Assembly: GCA_951406725.2 (NCBI GenBank)
Contig: OX597825.1
Span: 89,280,001-89,344,000, forward strand
DNA: 64,000 bases
Direction of reading: 5' to 3'
From: Octopus vulgaris
Taxonomy: Eukaryota
Shown here: positions 1-11,613 of the stretch, one piece after another
Position numbering within the stretch: the first letter of the stretch is position 1
Layout of the letters: every line of letters begins with the position of its first letter
The notes under the pieces: generated by a model
Database searches by the model: none
Seen by the model: the letters and a program-made list of their open reading frames with translations, nothing else
Told to the model about the DNA's origin: nothing
Program-made: the position numbers and the translations under genes

Positions 1-560
1 TATTAACTCACCTTAGGATATCCCACCGAGAGGTTTTTCTTGCCATGTATCAGCAAGAATATCTAAGGCAGCAGCAGTTATAAGAAGGGTTTTCATCCGC
101 TTAGTTTTTATCCCCAGCTTGTTTCCAATCTATCTAATTCTGATATTTTTTCTTTATGGAACTCAATTTCTTTGCTTGTTTTGTTATTGAGTATGCGGTT
201 TTCTGGTTTTCATGTTTTGAGACAAGATTTAACATTATCTTTTGACTACTGTAAGATAAGAAGCAAGATGAGGAAGTAAATACCGCCAAAAGGCTGCTAA
301 ATCGAAACGATATTTCTGACAAACGGAAGAATCTGTAACAGGGCCATCCCAAGTCACCCGTTTCCTACAAAACACGACGATTTTAATAGTGAATACAAAA
401 GATGACCCCAGGAATGTCTTAAAATGCTTGTAGGCCTTGTCATATGTCTTTTCCCCTCCTTCTGGAAGTATACTTTCCTGCGCTTTTCCACTTTTGGGTA
501 CTCTCCCCTATTGTATCCCTCGATCTTCTCCTTGAGTGCTACGCTCATGAGTGCAGTGAT
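1..560 (-). mobile_element. Possible highly decayed R2/R4-type (RLE) non-LTR retrotransposon remnant
   Basis: Minus-strand peptides weakly resemble the RT N-terminal motif (KVYFQKEGK..RPTSIL..LL) and the RLE C-terminus (KEIE..KISEL.RLE..W..K..LITAAAL). Many stops and frameshifts. Confidence 0.25.
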
Positions 561-923
561 TTGGTCCCATCCAAGGAATACTATTGTATAAGTATAGTGT
601 ATGTTATACAATAATAATCAATTGTATATCAGGAAGGGAACTGGAAAATATGAAGCTAACAATCTTGTCACCAAAACATTAACCTTCTAAAATGTCGCGC
701 GTGCGAGTGTGTTCATCCTGGTCCCCCATCATAATCAGTGTCTAATGGCCTGTCGATGGAACGAATAAAATGGTAAAAAATTAAGAGTATAAGGATGCAT
801 ATCGATATTCGCTACAAATGCTAGATGTCATGCTTCTTGTACAAGAATTAAGATGCTCATAAAAATGCAGTTGGAACTTAACATTTCCGGAGACAATAAT
901 GAAAATTGCAATAATTAACGAAG

Positions 924-965
<42 letters not shown>

Positions 966-1621
966 GCGTAAAAATATGATGTTTTGACATTAAGTATGAT
1001 TTAGAAATGTCTGTGGCCATAGTGTAAAATATTTTCTACAAAGATGTGATCTATTATGCAACGGACACTTTTCTGATTGAACTTGAACAAGAGAAATAGA
1101 GATTATTTAATCATAATACATGAACATATATAGAAATATAAGCTTATCTGAGTATGGCAGTATTTCCTTCAGTGACGGTGACTTTAACAACTTAATGTAT
1201 ACAGTTACTTGATTTCCTATGGCGTGCGAAAGCTTCTGTTATTCTCTTAGACATGAAGCGAATATAGACCAACTGATATTATTGTTAAACTACTGTTTGG
1301 ATTCCTAGCCGCTAGCTCTCTTGGATATTTCATTGATTATTCTGTAGTGCTGTTATCGTATGTTTGAAAAGTGTCTCCCGGCTTTGTATTATTTTAATGC
1401 GGTTTCGTGTATTGCTCCGATTACACTGATACTTTCATATGTTGTACGCAATACAAAGTGTTGATCGTTATAATTTCCATTTAACAGTTCCACGTTTCCG
1501 ACCCATTGTCACATTTTGTTCACACACACGAGGTGTGTTTATAGACACACACCACACACACGCGCGCACACACGCACACACACACATACACGCACACACA
1601 CACACACATATATATATATAT

Positions 1622-1674
1622 AAAGGCGGTGCTCCAGCATAGCCGCAGTCAAATGACTGAAACAAGTAAAAGAG

Positions 1675-1675
<1 letters not shown>
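1622..1675 (+). mobile_element. 3' tail fragment of SINE family S1
   Basis: aaaggcggtgctccagcatagccgcagtcaaatgactgaaacaagtaaaagagta is the reverse complement of the end of the SINE at 19540-19888. Confidence 0.8.
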
Positions 1676-1705
<30 letters not shown>

Positions 1706-1747
1706 GTGTGTGTGTGTTAGATAAAATGAGACAACAAAGCCAAGGGT

Positions 1748-1826
1748 GTATTGAATTTTCAAGGCATTTGTAAAGAGAAACCTAGTCTTTCTCTTTATAA
1801 AGCATTACCTTGGGTCTTCTGGATAC
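1748..1826 (-). ncRNA. Decayed hammerhead-like motif
   Basis: Minus strand: gtatc-CAGAAGA-ccc-long stem II (taaagagaaa/tttctcttta)-GAAA-at-TC-aatac. Core has U4A and stem I has one mismatch. Confidence 0.4.
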
Positions 1827-1890
1827 CAATTCTTCACACACACACACACAAACACACACACACATACACGCAAATATATATATATATATA

Positions 1891-3013
1891 CAGTTGCGGC
1901 CAAAATGTTCAGAACGGCATTGTTTTCGTCAGAAAAGTAAGTATAAGTTTTTATCAAAGTAGTTTTATGTTCTATAATTTTCACAGACAATAAATGCAAT
2001 ATCAATTGTTATTGTCTGAAATGTTGGTGTCATTTGGGAGGATAATACAAAAGTTATCGATGGTTTAGTGATTTACTGCAAAACCCATGGCGGCCAAAAT
2101 GATCAGAACGGTTGAAAAAATAATCAAAAATGACAGAGAATACTGGAATTATTTAATATTTAGTGTGAAGCCTACGAACGTACATTTTTCCATCTGAGCC
2201 AAATAACATAAACTTAGATTCATCACTGAAATACACCGTTTGCCATTTTTCTTGAGACCACAACACATGTTCGGTTGCAAAGGTAAGACGACACTTTTTA
2301 TTCTTGGGCTGATCAGTGGCTTCACTGCAGGTGCTCTTGCTTGTAGGTCATGTTCAACTAAACGACGAGACAGTTTTTTGAGATAAAGTTTTCTTCAATA
2401 CAATGCTCATTTTCCGAGAAACAGCAGCAGCAGTTTTAAATCTGTCCTTTTTAACCAACTTTACCATAGCACGATCTTCTCTCTTGGTCGTTTTTCTTGG
2501 GCTACCTGTAAACTTTCTTGCTTCACACGAACCACAATCATTGTAGACCTTAAGAATACCGTGTACAACACTTTTTGACTTGTTAACAATCTTCGCAATA
2601 GATCCAATACTTAAATTATCATTCCTTCGAAGCTTAATAATCTACTGACGAATTGGTAACGGAGTAAGTGGCATTATATTAACAAAGTACACTGCAAATA
2701 TTCTTAGTAATGTTTAGTAAACGAACCGTCACGTAAACAAATTCAAAACATTAGAGTTCGCCGGTTAAATATACTAAAACACGGAGTAAAAGCAACCGTT
2801 CTGATCATTTTGGCTGCCATGGGTTTTGCAGTAAATCACAAAATCATCCATAACTTTTATATTATCCTCTTAAATTACACAAAAATCTCAGACAATAACA
2901 GATAATATTGTATTTATTCTCCGTGAAAATTATAGAATATAAAACAACTTTGATAAAAAATTATATCTACTTTTCCGACGAAAACAATGCCGTTCTGAAC
3001 ATTTTGGCCGCCA

Positions 3014-3016
<3 letters not shown>
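1891..3016 (-). mobile_element. Tc1/mariner DNA transposon, IR/DR type, internally deleted
   Basis: About 223-bp TIRs (1891-2113 and 2794-3016) starting CAGT, TA on both flanks. Each TIR has outer and inner direct repeats GCGGCCAAAATG(T/A)TCAGAACGG. Confidence 0.92.
2153..2674 (-). pseudogene. Tc1 transposase pseudogene (paired-like HTH plus first catalytic D only)
   Basis: MPLTPLPIRQ*IIKL...SIAKIVNKSKSVV...GSPRKTTKREDR...KPLIS...WSQEKWQTVYFSDESKFMLFGSDGKMYVRR joined directly to terminal HTKY*. One stop plus frameshifts. Confidence 0.88.
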
Positions 3017-3094
<78 letters not shown>

Positions 3095-3097
<3 letters not shown>

Positions 3098-3288
3098 AAA
3101 TGGATAAATGAATTATCTTGTTACGGATTGTTTGGAGATTTAAGTTCCTGGATTTTCCTGAAGAGAAAGCTGCAAAATGGTCTCCTTATTCAATCCGAAT
3201 TAGGGACTTTGCAGCCTTTGAAACATATGTAGAAAATAATAAAAAGGAATTTTGTTAAATCTTCGTTCAGCTCCATTTCTTCCCTCAC

Positions 3289-3291
<3 letters not shown>
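3095..3291 (+). mobile_element. Non-coding HHR repeat family H1, rearranged copy
   Basis: Similar to 9849-10282 and 13102-13500; flanked by (TA)n on both sides. Confidence 0.7.
3152..3237 (+). ncRNA. Type I hammerhead ribozyme motif (family H1)
   Basis: attttc-CTGAAGA-gaaagctgcaaa...tttgcagccttt-GAAA-catat-GTA-gaaaat: 6-bp stem I, long stem II, palindromic ACATATGT stem III. Confidence 0.75.
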
Positions 3292-3364
<73 letters not shown>

Positions 3365-3365
<1 letters not shown>

Positions 3366-3975
3366 TTACAGTAAAAGCCATTAAGATTCAAGTGAGTTCT
3401 GTTGAATTCACATGAATGCGGTACTTAATTAGATGCACCAGAAATCATTATGGTGTTAACCATAAGGTAATGCGGGGTGATTATAAATAAGAAAAAAGCA
3501 ACAAGAATGGATCAATATTTCGGTACAATTGTTTCGTACGAAGACAGCTTTATTAAGGCTGCAAATATTGCAGTAAATATAAGTGACACGTACTAATCAG
3601 CCGAAAAACATCTGAGTTCTCCAAACATCTACGGGGGTGATGCTACACTCCTGAAACATCAGGGATAGTTCTATAAAAATAAGATTTAGGTAACAAACGG
3701 ATTTCTAAAAGTTCTTTTAGTGTTGCACAGTCATATAACTGGTTTAAAAAAAGGGATTAAAAAAAACCTCTTAGTTTCCCAGAAAATGAAAACGAAAATG
3801 TAAATCCATCCATATTGAAGAAAGTTTGATTTCTGGAGATATGAGGAGAGGTATCATACTCACAGGAGATGCATTTATCCATAACTAGTCCATAACAAAG
3901 TGTGTTTCCTGATGTGTGGTGATACGAAACAATTGTACCGAAATATTGATCCATTCTTGTTGTTATTTTCTCATA
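3365..3975 (-). mobile_element. Non-coding PLE-like element H2 with inverted arms and tail
   Basis: 3488-3538 is an inverted copy of 3923-3973; an HHR motif lies in the longer arm; TA flanks. Confidence 0.55.
3518..3606 (-). ncRNA. Hammerhead motif with U8 variant core (family H2)
   Basis: tttcgg-CTGATTA-gtacg...cgtac-GAAA-caatt-GTA-ccgaaa: perfect 6-bp stem I, 5-bp base of stem II, palindromic ACAATTGT stem III. Confidence 0.7.
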
Positions 3976-3978
3976 TAT

Positions 3979-5986
3979 ATAATTTTTAGCATCTGATCTG
4001 CTACCTCCCTTATGGATAGGGCATATTACCCCCTCTTTCAATTTGACTGGGAGCTTACCACTTGCAAGAAAGCTCTGAAAAAGAAGCTGTAGCGGTTTTG
4101 CAAGGGCTCGTTTGCACGTTTTGAGAAGGATCGCTGGGAATCCATCAGGTCCAGCAGCTGAGTTTGTGTCAATCTCATCTATGGCTAGTGTGATATCATC
4201 ATCTTCGATGTTGATGTACTCAATTTTTGCCTCTTTGGCCGCAGGTAAAGTGGCAAAGAATTCTTCTGGGTTGTTTACTTGCCTGTGTCCTAGAGGTGTA
4301 GTGAACACACTTTGGAACTGTTCGTTCAGTATTTCACTTATCCTCGTGGGATTTCCTGTGAGAGAACCATCTTTTTGAAGGAGAAGTCCTATTCTCTGGT
4401 GCACTGTGGCTGTCTATTTGGCAAACTTAAAGAAAGCTTTAGGGTTTGATTTTATATTTTATATTACCCAAGCTTCTTTATCTGCTCTCTCCTTTTCATG
4501 GGACTGATGTAGACTTTTCTCAGTTTCCATTAGCATTCTTTCGTGCCGATACTTCTCACCACTTTTGGTGTGCTTGCTCAGGCGGTTCGCAATCCTTGTC
4601 CGTCGTCTCATAAGAATCCTCCTTTCTCTAGGGATCCTGTTTTTGTTCTTGTGTGTGCTGGCCCTGCACACTGGTACATATTTGTCACATATGGTTTGTA
4701 TTATGGACATGAAGCGTTTGTGTTTCATGTTTATGTCCGGTGTGGAGAGACATTCAGGCCAATCCTGTTTGAGGATCTCTTTCTCAATCAACGTCCAGTT
4801 GGCTTTATGAAAGTTTAAGTTGGAGAGATGGTGGATGCTTCGTATAGGCTGTGTGTCTACGGGGGCTTTTGTTCCATACATTGACAGCTCTATTATGTTG
4901 TGATCCGAGATCATTGTCGGTATCACATTAACATTATGGATAATATCCATATTGTTTGTGAAGCATAGATCCAGTATATTATCTGCACTTGTTGGTTGCA
5001 GAACTATTTTCTCCATGAAAAAGGCATTTGTGAGATGGAGCAGGGACTCCACCTGTGCCTGCTGATGGTGTGTCATCCCTGGGAGCATCTGCCCCCCAGG
5101 CCATTCCACATTGGGTAGGTTAAAGTCACCCATGAAGAATACACTGTTGTGTTGTTCAAGGTTGGTGAGGACTTCTCCTATTTTTGTTAGGCAGTCTTCA
5201 AACATGCCTGAGTGTTTTGGGGCATCTGGTTGGCGATGTGTAGTGCATATGACGATATTCAGTTGTCTTATGTGTACAATTTGTGTTTCACATACTGAGT
5301 TTGAATATGACAGCAGGACCTGGGTGTGAGGTCATCTCGGATGTACATTGCAACTCCACCATGGCTCCTCCCTTTTCTATCTGTGCGTATGACGCATATT
5401 GCGGCATGTGTATTTCTGCATCACCTATGTCGGGTTCAAGATGCGTTTCTGTGAGTGCCATGCATATAGCTTGATTGCATGTCACAAGGTCTCTCAGGAA
5501 TGAAATTTTCTTTTTACAGTTTCCGCGCAGCAGCCCTCCTACATTCAGTAGAAATATTTTTGTGGTGTGTGTGTTGGTGTTGGTGTCTGTGGTGGCCATC
5601 CTGCATCTGTTGGAGGTGGCCTTATGTAGTGGTAGTTCCAGCTTTGTGCTTGTAGCCAGGTCAGCTGCTGAACAATTTTTTGTGCCATGCACAAAAAAGA
5701 TTGCTGTTCAGCTGCTGCCCTTCTCACATCTGGGTGAAGCTGGCCATTTGTTGGGTTACCGCGCACCACATCTGCATATCATCTTTCAGGAGTGGTCAGT
5801 GCGCTTTTTTCCCTTCTTTTGACTTTTTCTTTTTGTTCTCCACGAGGGAGGGACCCCTGTCTCGCGTCCGTGCGATTTTGGTAGGGCCTCTGATGTGCAA
5901 AGCGACAGTTCGCACCTTCGACGCCGTACCAGCAGTCCCCCTTCAGGTAGAATTTGCAGATGTTTCTTTCTTATAGTTCTTGCTGG

Positions 5987-5988
<2 letters not shown>
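3979..5988 (-). mobile_element. CR1/L2-group LINE family A: ORF1 C-terminus, APE endonuclease and RT N-terminus; broken
   Basis: APE motifs LLNVGGL, ALTETHL, MGDFNLP, ILDLCFTN, SDHNII; RT start [17 protein letters not shown]. Near-identical to 28237-29010. Confidence 0.93.
5545..5988 (-). pseudogene. LINE ORF1 remnant with CCCH zinc finger
   Basis: CKFYLKGDCWYGVEGANCRFAH at 5958-5893, then a basic stretch, one stop, YADVV and a Q/P-rich tail that overlaps the start of ORF2. Confidence 0.7.
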
Positions 5989-6020
<32 letters not shown>

Positions 6021-6021
<1 letters not shown>

Positions 6022-6221
6022 AGAGCGTCGAGCTTACGATCGTGAGGTTGTGAGCTCGAATCCCGGACCGGGCTGCGTGTTGTGTTCTTGAGTAAAGCAC
6101 TTTATTTCACGTTGCTCCATCTCACTCAACTGTAAAAATGAGTTGCGACTTGTGTCTAGGAGGGTAACTTTCTAGGTGCAATCCCATGGTCATTCATGAC
6201 CGAAGGGTGTCTTTACCCCTT

Positions 6222-6223
<2 letters not shown>
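6021..6223 (+). mobile_element. tRNA-derived CORE-type SINE family S2, internally deleted
   Basis: B-box-like gctcgaatccc; CORE-like gtgttcttgagtaaagcactttatttcacgttgctcc; same family as 56904-57163. Confidence 0.75.
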
Positions 6224-6224
<1 letters not shown>

Positions 6225-6298
<74 letters not shown>

Positions 6299-6388
6299 TG
6301 TATGTATATATAATTATGTATATATATGTATGTATATATATATACATAAATGTATGTATATACATATGTATGTATATATATATGTATG

Positions 6389-6427
<39 letters not shown>

Positions 6428-7016
6428 GTATGATATATATATATATATATGTATGTATATATGTATATATATATATGTATGTATGTATATATATATATGT
6501 ATGTATGTATATATATATATGTATGTATGTATATATATATATGTATGTATGCATATATATATGTATATATGTATATATGTATGTATATATATATGTATAT
6601 ATGTATATATGTATCTACATATATATGTATATATATATGTATATATGTATATATATATGCATATATATGTATATATGTATGTATATATATATGTACATAT
6701 ATGTATATATATATATATGTACATATATATATGTATATATATATATGCATGTATATATAGATGTACATATATATACGTATATATAAATATATATGTATAT
6801 ATATATATATATATATGTAGGTTTATATATATATGTATGTATATATATGTATATATAGGTATATATGTATATATGTAGGTTTATATATATATATGTATGT
6901 ATATATATAGGTATATATATCTATATATGTGTGTGTGTGTATGTATATATGTATGTATATATATATATATAGGTATATATATATATATGTATATATGTGT
7001 GTATATATATATATAT

Positions 7017-7066
<50 letters not shown>

Positions 7067-7076
7067 TATATATATG

Positions 7077-7107
<31 letters not shown>

Positions 7108-7132
7108 GTAGGTTTATATATATATATGTATG

Positions 7133-7165
<33 letters not shown>

Positions 7166-7180
7166 GTATATATATATATG

Positions 7181-7211
<31 letters not shown>

Positions 7212-7247
7212 AGGTATATATTTATATATATATATATATAAATATAT
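6225..7247. repeat. (TA)n/(TATG)n low-complexity tract
   Basis: Directly visible. Confidence 0.97.
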
Positions 7248-7676
7248 AGATCCTGGAAGGACTTGTCCCAAACTTTGGCATCGAGAGTCACACAAATGCC
7301 AGAACCGGGCGTCACTGCGTGGTACCAAGGACTCCAAATTTCCCATCAAGATGTAGGACAAGATACTGTGATAGCCTGGGCTTCAGAGGCCCACAGCTCT
7401 TCAGTATCCTCCCGAAGAACCTGAGGGACCTGCATGGTGTATATGCGGATGTCTTTAAAGTAGGACTGGATCTCTTCCTGTCAGGTGTCCCGGATGAACC
7501 AACTTCACGGCAGGAGGTGCAGATGAGGGCAGCTGTATCGAACTCTCTCATGCACCAAATGGCAACTGCTAACAAGCATTCGTGAGGTAAAATCATGTAG
7601 CAAACCAAATGGCGGTGCCCCAGCATGGCCACAGCTCATGAGCTGAAACTGGAAAAATCAAAATCAAAATTAAATC
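7248..7676 (+). mobile_element. LINE family A 3' end, 5'-truncated
   Basis: Encodes [28 protein letters not shown]; conserved 3' hairpins and (AAAATC)n tail; TA on both sides. Confidence 0.9.
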
Positions 7677-7719
7677 GTATATATATGTTAGTATATCTAT
7701 ATCTGTATATATATATAGG

Positions 7720-7756
<37 letters not shown>

Positions 7757-7880
7757 GTATATATATATAGGTATATATATATAGGTATATATATAGGTAT
7801 ATATATAGGTATATATATATATATATAATAAATATATATATATATATACATATATATACATATGTGTGTGTATATATATA

Positions 7881-7942
<62 letters not shown>

Positions 7943-7957
7943 GTGTGTGTGTATATA
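7677..7957. repeat. (TA)n/(TG)n tract
   Basis: Directly visible. Confidence 0.95.
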
Positions 7958-8255
7958 ATATCAAAACAAGCAACAACATATCAAGCGGCTCCATTTAATT
8001 GAACAATGCAATCATTACATCAATTTAAATGCAGTATCATCTTTAGCTGCACAAATAAATAAGAAGAATGTTAACCAGCTGGACACATTAATACAATGTT
8101 TCTCAAATACTTTACCAGAGCAAGAAGGCAGAAGAAATTCACAGTGGCGCTGTAGTAGCTAAGAATAGACTACACTTCCAAGAAACACATGAAGCCTATA
8201 TATATATATATATAAATATACATATATGTGCGTGTGTGTGTGTGTGTGTGTGTAA

Positions 8256-8556
8256 GCGCAATGGCCCAGTGTTTAGGGCAGCGGACTCGCGGTCGTAGGA
8301 TCGCGGTTTCGATTCCCAGACCGGTCGTTGTGAATATTTATTGAGCGAAAACACCTAAAGCTCCACGAGACTCCGGCAGGGTGGGTGGCGATCCCTGCTG
8401 TACTCTTTTGCCACAACTTTCTCTCACTCTTTCTTCTGTTGGCCTGCTCGCTTAGCCAGCGGGATGGCGTCATTGAAGGCTAAAACAATGCGAAACGCAT
8501 TGTGACCAGTGATGTGTAGCAACATCTGATGGCCTGGTTGGTCACGTGATCACGTG
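8256..8556 (+). mobile_element. tRNA-derived SINE family S3, near full length
   Basis: A-box tggcccagtg, B-box gtttcgattccc, tail ending gtcacgtgatcacgtg; further copies at 9177-9328 and 55904-56112. Confidence 0.85.
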
Positions 8557-9144
8557 TTTTATATATATATATACATACACACATACATTCATAGACATTC
8601 CATATTTGAAACTATACATTCCTGTGCTCAAACAACCAGTGCCGCGCCATTCTGGATGAAACTATTGCTTAAGTGCAAGTTCCCCTAAAGAAGTTCCCCT
8701 GAATGAAATCCGTAATCCGTTCAATATTTTTTTTCTTTGTCAAGAGAAAAACGTGTTGTTTCATTTTCATACTATCATTCTGTATATGCCTTTGAATCCA
8801 TCAGGGTTTGCATTTCTTATCATTCCTTTCTGCATATTTGAATCGATGTAAATCTATATGTTTATTGATAGTGATTTTGAAAATATTCACGAAGGATAAA
8901 TATTGGGTTCGGTAAACATTTGAATTACATTGAATACACTATAAGTGAGTGTACAGATGTTTTCCTGTATCCTAAAGTTGTATTGTATTAGAGCTGCCTC
9001 TATTTTTCGATCTCTAAGTATAATTCACAAAATGTAGCGAACCAACACGAAACATTTATAATTTCTGATTTATGGTAAGTGTATGAATAAACGTACTGTG
9101 TACTCTGTCTACAATGTAGGCGACAAACTGTATAAAAACAAACA

Positions 9145-9176
<32 letters not shown>

Positions 9177-9328
9177 CATCGTGACCGACCAGGCTATCAG
9201 ATGTTGCTACACATCGCTGGTCACAATGCGCTTCGCATTGTTTTAGCCTTCAAATGACGCCACCATCCCCTGTCGGAGCCTCGTAGAGCTATAGGTATTT
9301 TCGCACAATAAACAATCACAAAGCCCGG
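9177..9328 (-). mobile_element. SINE S3 copy, internally deleted
   Basis: Reverse-complement match to parts of 8256-8556. Confidence 0.8.
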
Positions 9329-9365
9329 TATATATAAACTCTTCCGACACACAGCACCATCAGTG

Positions 9366-9418
<53 letters not shown>

Positions 9419-9848
9419 TAAGAGATAAAACCACTATTAGGCAAATCAAAAAGTGAAAAACATAAGCCAACACATAAAATTAATTTAAAAATATAAAAGT
9501 TAAAAATTTAAAAATTATTTAAATAATTTAAACTTATAAATTTTAAATATATATATATACAAATATATATATATTTATGTATGTATATTTTTATTTTTAT
9601 ATATTATTTTATTTATTTATTAATTAATTAATTTATTTTTTTATTTTTTTTTTTTTTATTTCATTTTTTTTTCAAATAAATATCAAAAGTATTAAAAGTT
9701 TTATTAAACTTTGAATACTCTTGATAATTTATTTAAAATAAAAATAAATAAATAAACAAATAAAATAAAATAAAATGTATAAATAAATTAATTAATTAAT
9801 AAATAAAATAATATATAAATATAAAAATATACATACATAAATGTATAT

Positions 9849-10282
9849 TTTGTGAAATAGAAAGATGAATAATCTTGTTGCAGATTAATCAAAAGTTTAA
9901 CCGATACCTTGGTACCAAAAATCACAGCAGAAGACAGCACGGTTGGAGGTACAACCATATGGTGTTGCAACCATGCGTTGGTGCGGATAATTGAATTTTA
10001 ATATTATTAGTGAATTGAAGAAATGGAGTTGAACGAAGATTGAACAGAAATCGTTTTGGCCATGGTCTCTTAGGAGCCTTGTTCGATTTGTTTTGCTCCG
10101 CCTCTGTTCGGTTTTTGTTTTTTTCCAACGGATTTCCTATTTCTTCCTGAAGAGAAAGACACAATATGGTCTCCTTATTCAATCGGAATTTGGGAAATTG
10201 TGGCTTTCGAAACACGTGTAGAATGCAATAAAACGATTTCTGTTCAATCTTCGTTCAACTCCATTTCTTCAATTCACTAATA
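9849..10282. mobile_element. H1 element in inverted configuration with 16-bp target-site duplication
   Basis: atacataaatgtatat at 9833-9848 and 10283-10298; internal inverted arms near 10005-10057 and 10229-10282. Confidence 0.8.
10141..10223 (+). ncRNA. Type I hammerhead ribozyme motif (family H1), canonical core
   Basis: ttc-CTGAAGA-gaaagacacaat...attgtggctttc-GAAA-cacgt-GTA-gaa; palindromic ACACGTGT stem III. Confidence 0.8.
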
Positions 10283-10516
10283 ATACATAAATGTATATAT
10301 ATATTTGAAATTTATAAGTTTAAATTATTTAGATAACTTTTTAATTTTTAACTTTTATATTTTTAAATTAATTTTATGTATTGGCTTATGTTTTTCACTG
10401 TTTGATTTGCCTGATAGTGGTTTTATCTCTAATTTAATATAATATGATATATTTATACTATAAAATTGGATTTAATCCTAAATCTAATTTTTCCCTGTAA
10501 GTTTGGATTTATTCCC

Positions 10517-10589
<73 letters not shown>

Positions 10590-11235
10590 CTCTTCCGACA
10601 CACAGCACCGTCAGTGCATCTGGAAAACTCCAATCTGTTCTACGCCCTTCGATAACAAAAATGTTGCTTCCTTTTCTTATTGTATTCATGTTTTGCGTTA
10701 TCTTGATTCTTTTTTAACCCTATGTATTGTAGAGTTTCTATAATTGAATTTGTCCCTTGATATACCCTAGTATCCTACGTATTTCACTGCACATCGGGTC
10801 ATATAGTCTTGCTATAGAGCAGTGTTTACTACCAATGTACTTTAGATTTTTGTTCACCTGCAATTAACGCTTCGCTATTTAGCTGGTTACCTACAGTTCC
10901 TCCCCGTCACAGCATATTGATTATCCGAAACACACAAAGCAAATCTTCGTACCCACTCCTCAGTTTCTGTGCTTTACCTTCAAACTGTTCAATCTCGTCC
11001 TGCTAGATGTAATGGTTTCTTTTTTTAATATTCCTACCGATTGTCAAAATCCTCGTGAAATCTTTTTCTATATCCAAACACTTCTGACCACTGCACATGC
11101 GTTGTTCATGCGAGTTTGTCGTTTCGCGGCTTGTGCATGGGCACTTGCTATTACGTAGGCTACCTTATGTCTATCCTCCCATCTACTCTCTATTTTTGCT
11201 TGTCTTTCACCGTTTCCTTCTTTTCTCTAGCCACA

Positions 11236-11310
<75 letters not shown>

Positions 11311-11313
<3 letters not shown>

Positions 11314-11475
11314 TAATCCAAACAAGAAAACACAAAAGAACAAAAAAACACAACAACGCGAGGACGTGGAACAAATAAAGTATTATTGGACGCTCAGGAA
11401 AGAAGGGAAGACGAGCGGAGCTCCTCGTCGGAAACATAGGAAAAAAATCACCACCGGTACTCACGAGGTCACATA
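11311..11475 (-). mobile_element. HHR repeat family H3, decayed copy with the GAAA arm deleted
   Basis: Reverse complement of 61454-61661 with deletions; keeps gtttCCGACGAggagctccgctcg. Confidence 0.75.
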
Positions 11476-11500
11476 TTGAATACATACATATATATATATA

Positions 11501-11562
<62 letters not shown>

Positions 11563-11613
11563 GATATGTGTGTGTGTGTGTGTGTGCGTGCGTGCGTGTG
11601 CGTGTGTGTGTGT

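Larger units (their letters stand above)
9411..10525. repeat. AT-rich foldback palindrome (arms about 290 bp) with one-sided tail, interrupted by an H1 insertion
   Basis: 9411-9700 pairs with 9706-9848 plus 10299-10440; centre near 9703; unpaired extension 10441-10525. Confidence 0.75.

Noticed and set aside
4112-5976. Plus-strand ORFs opposite LINE coding regions
   Set aside because: Antisense shadows of the TE ORFs with no independent features.
7610-7650. LINE 3' hairpin plus GAAAC as half a hammerhead
   Set aside because: No CUGANGA upstream, and no stem III or NUH.
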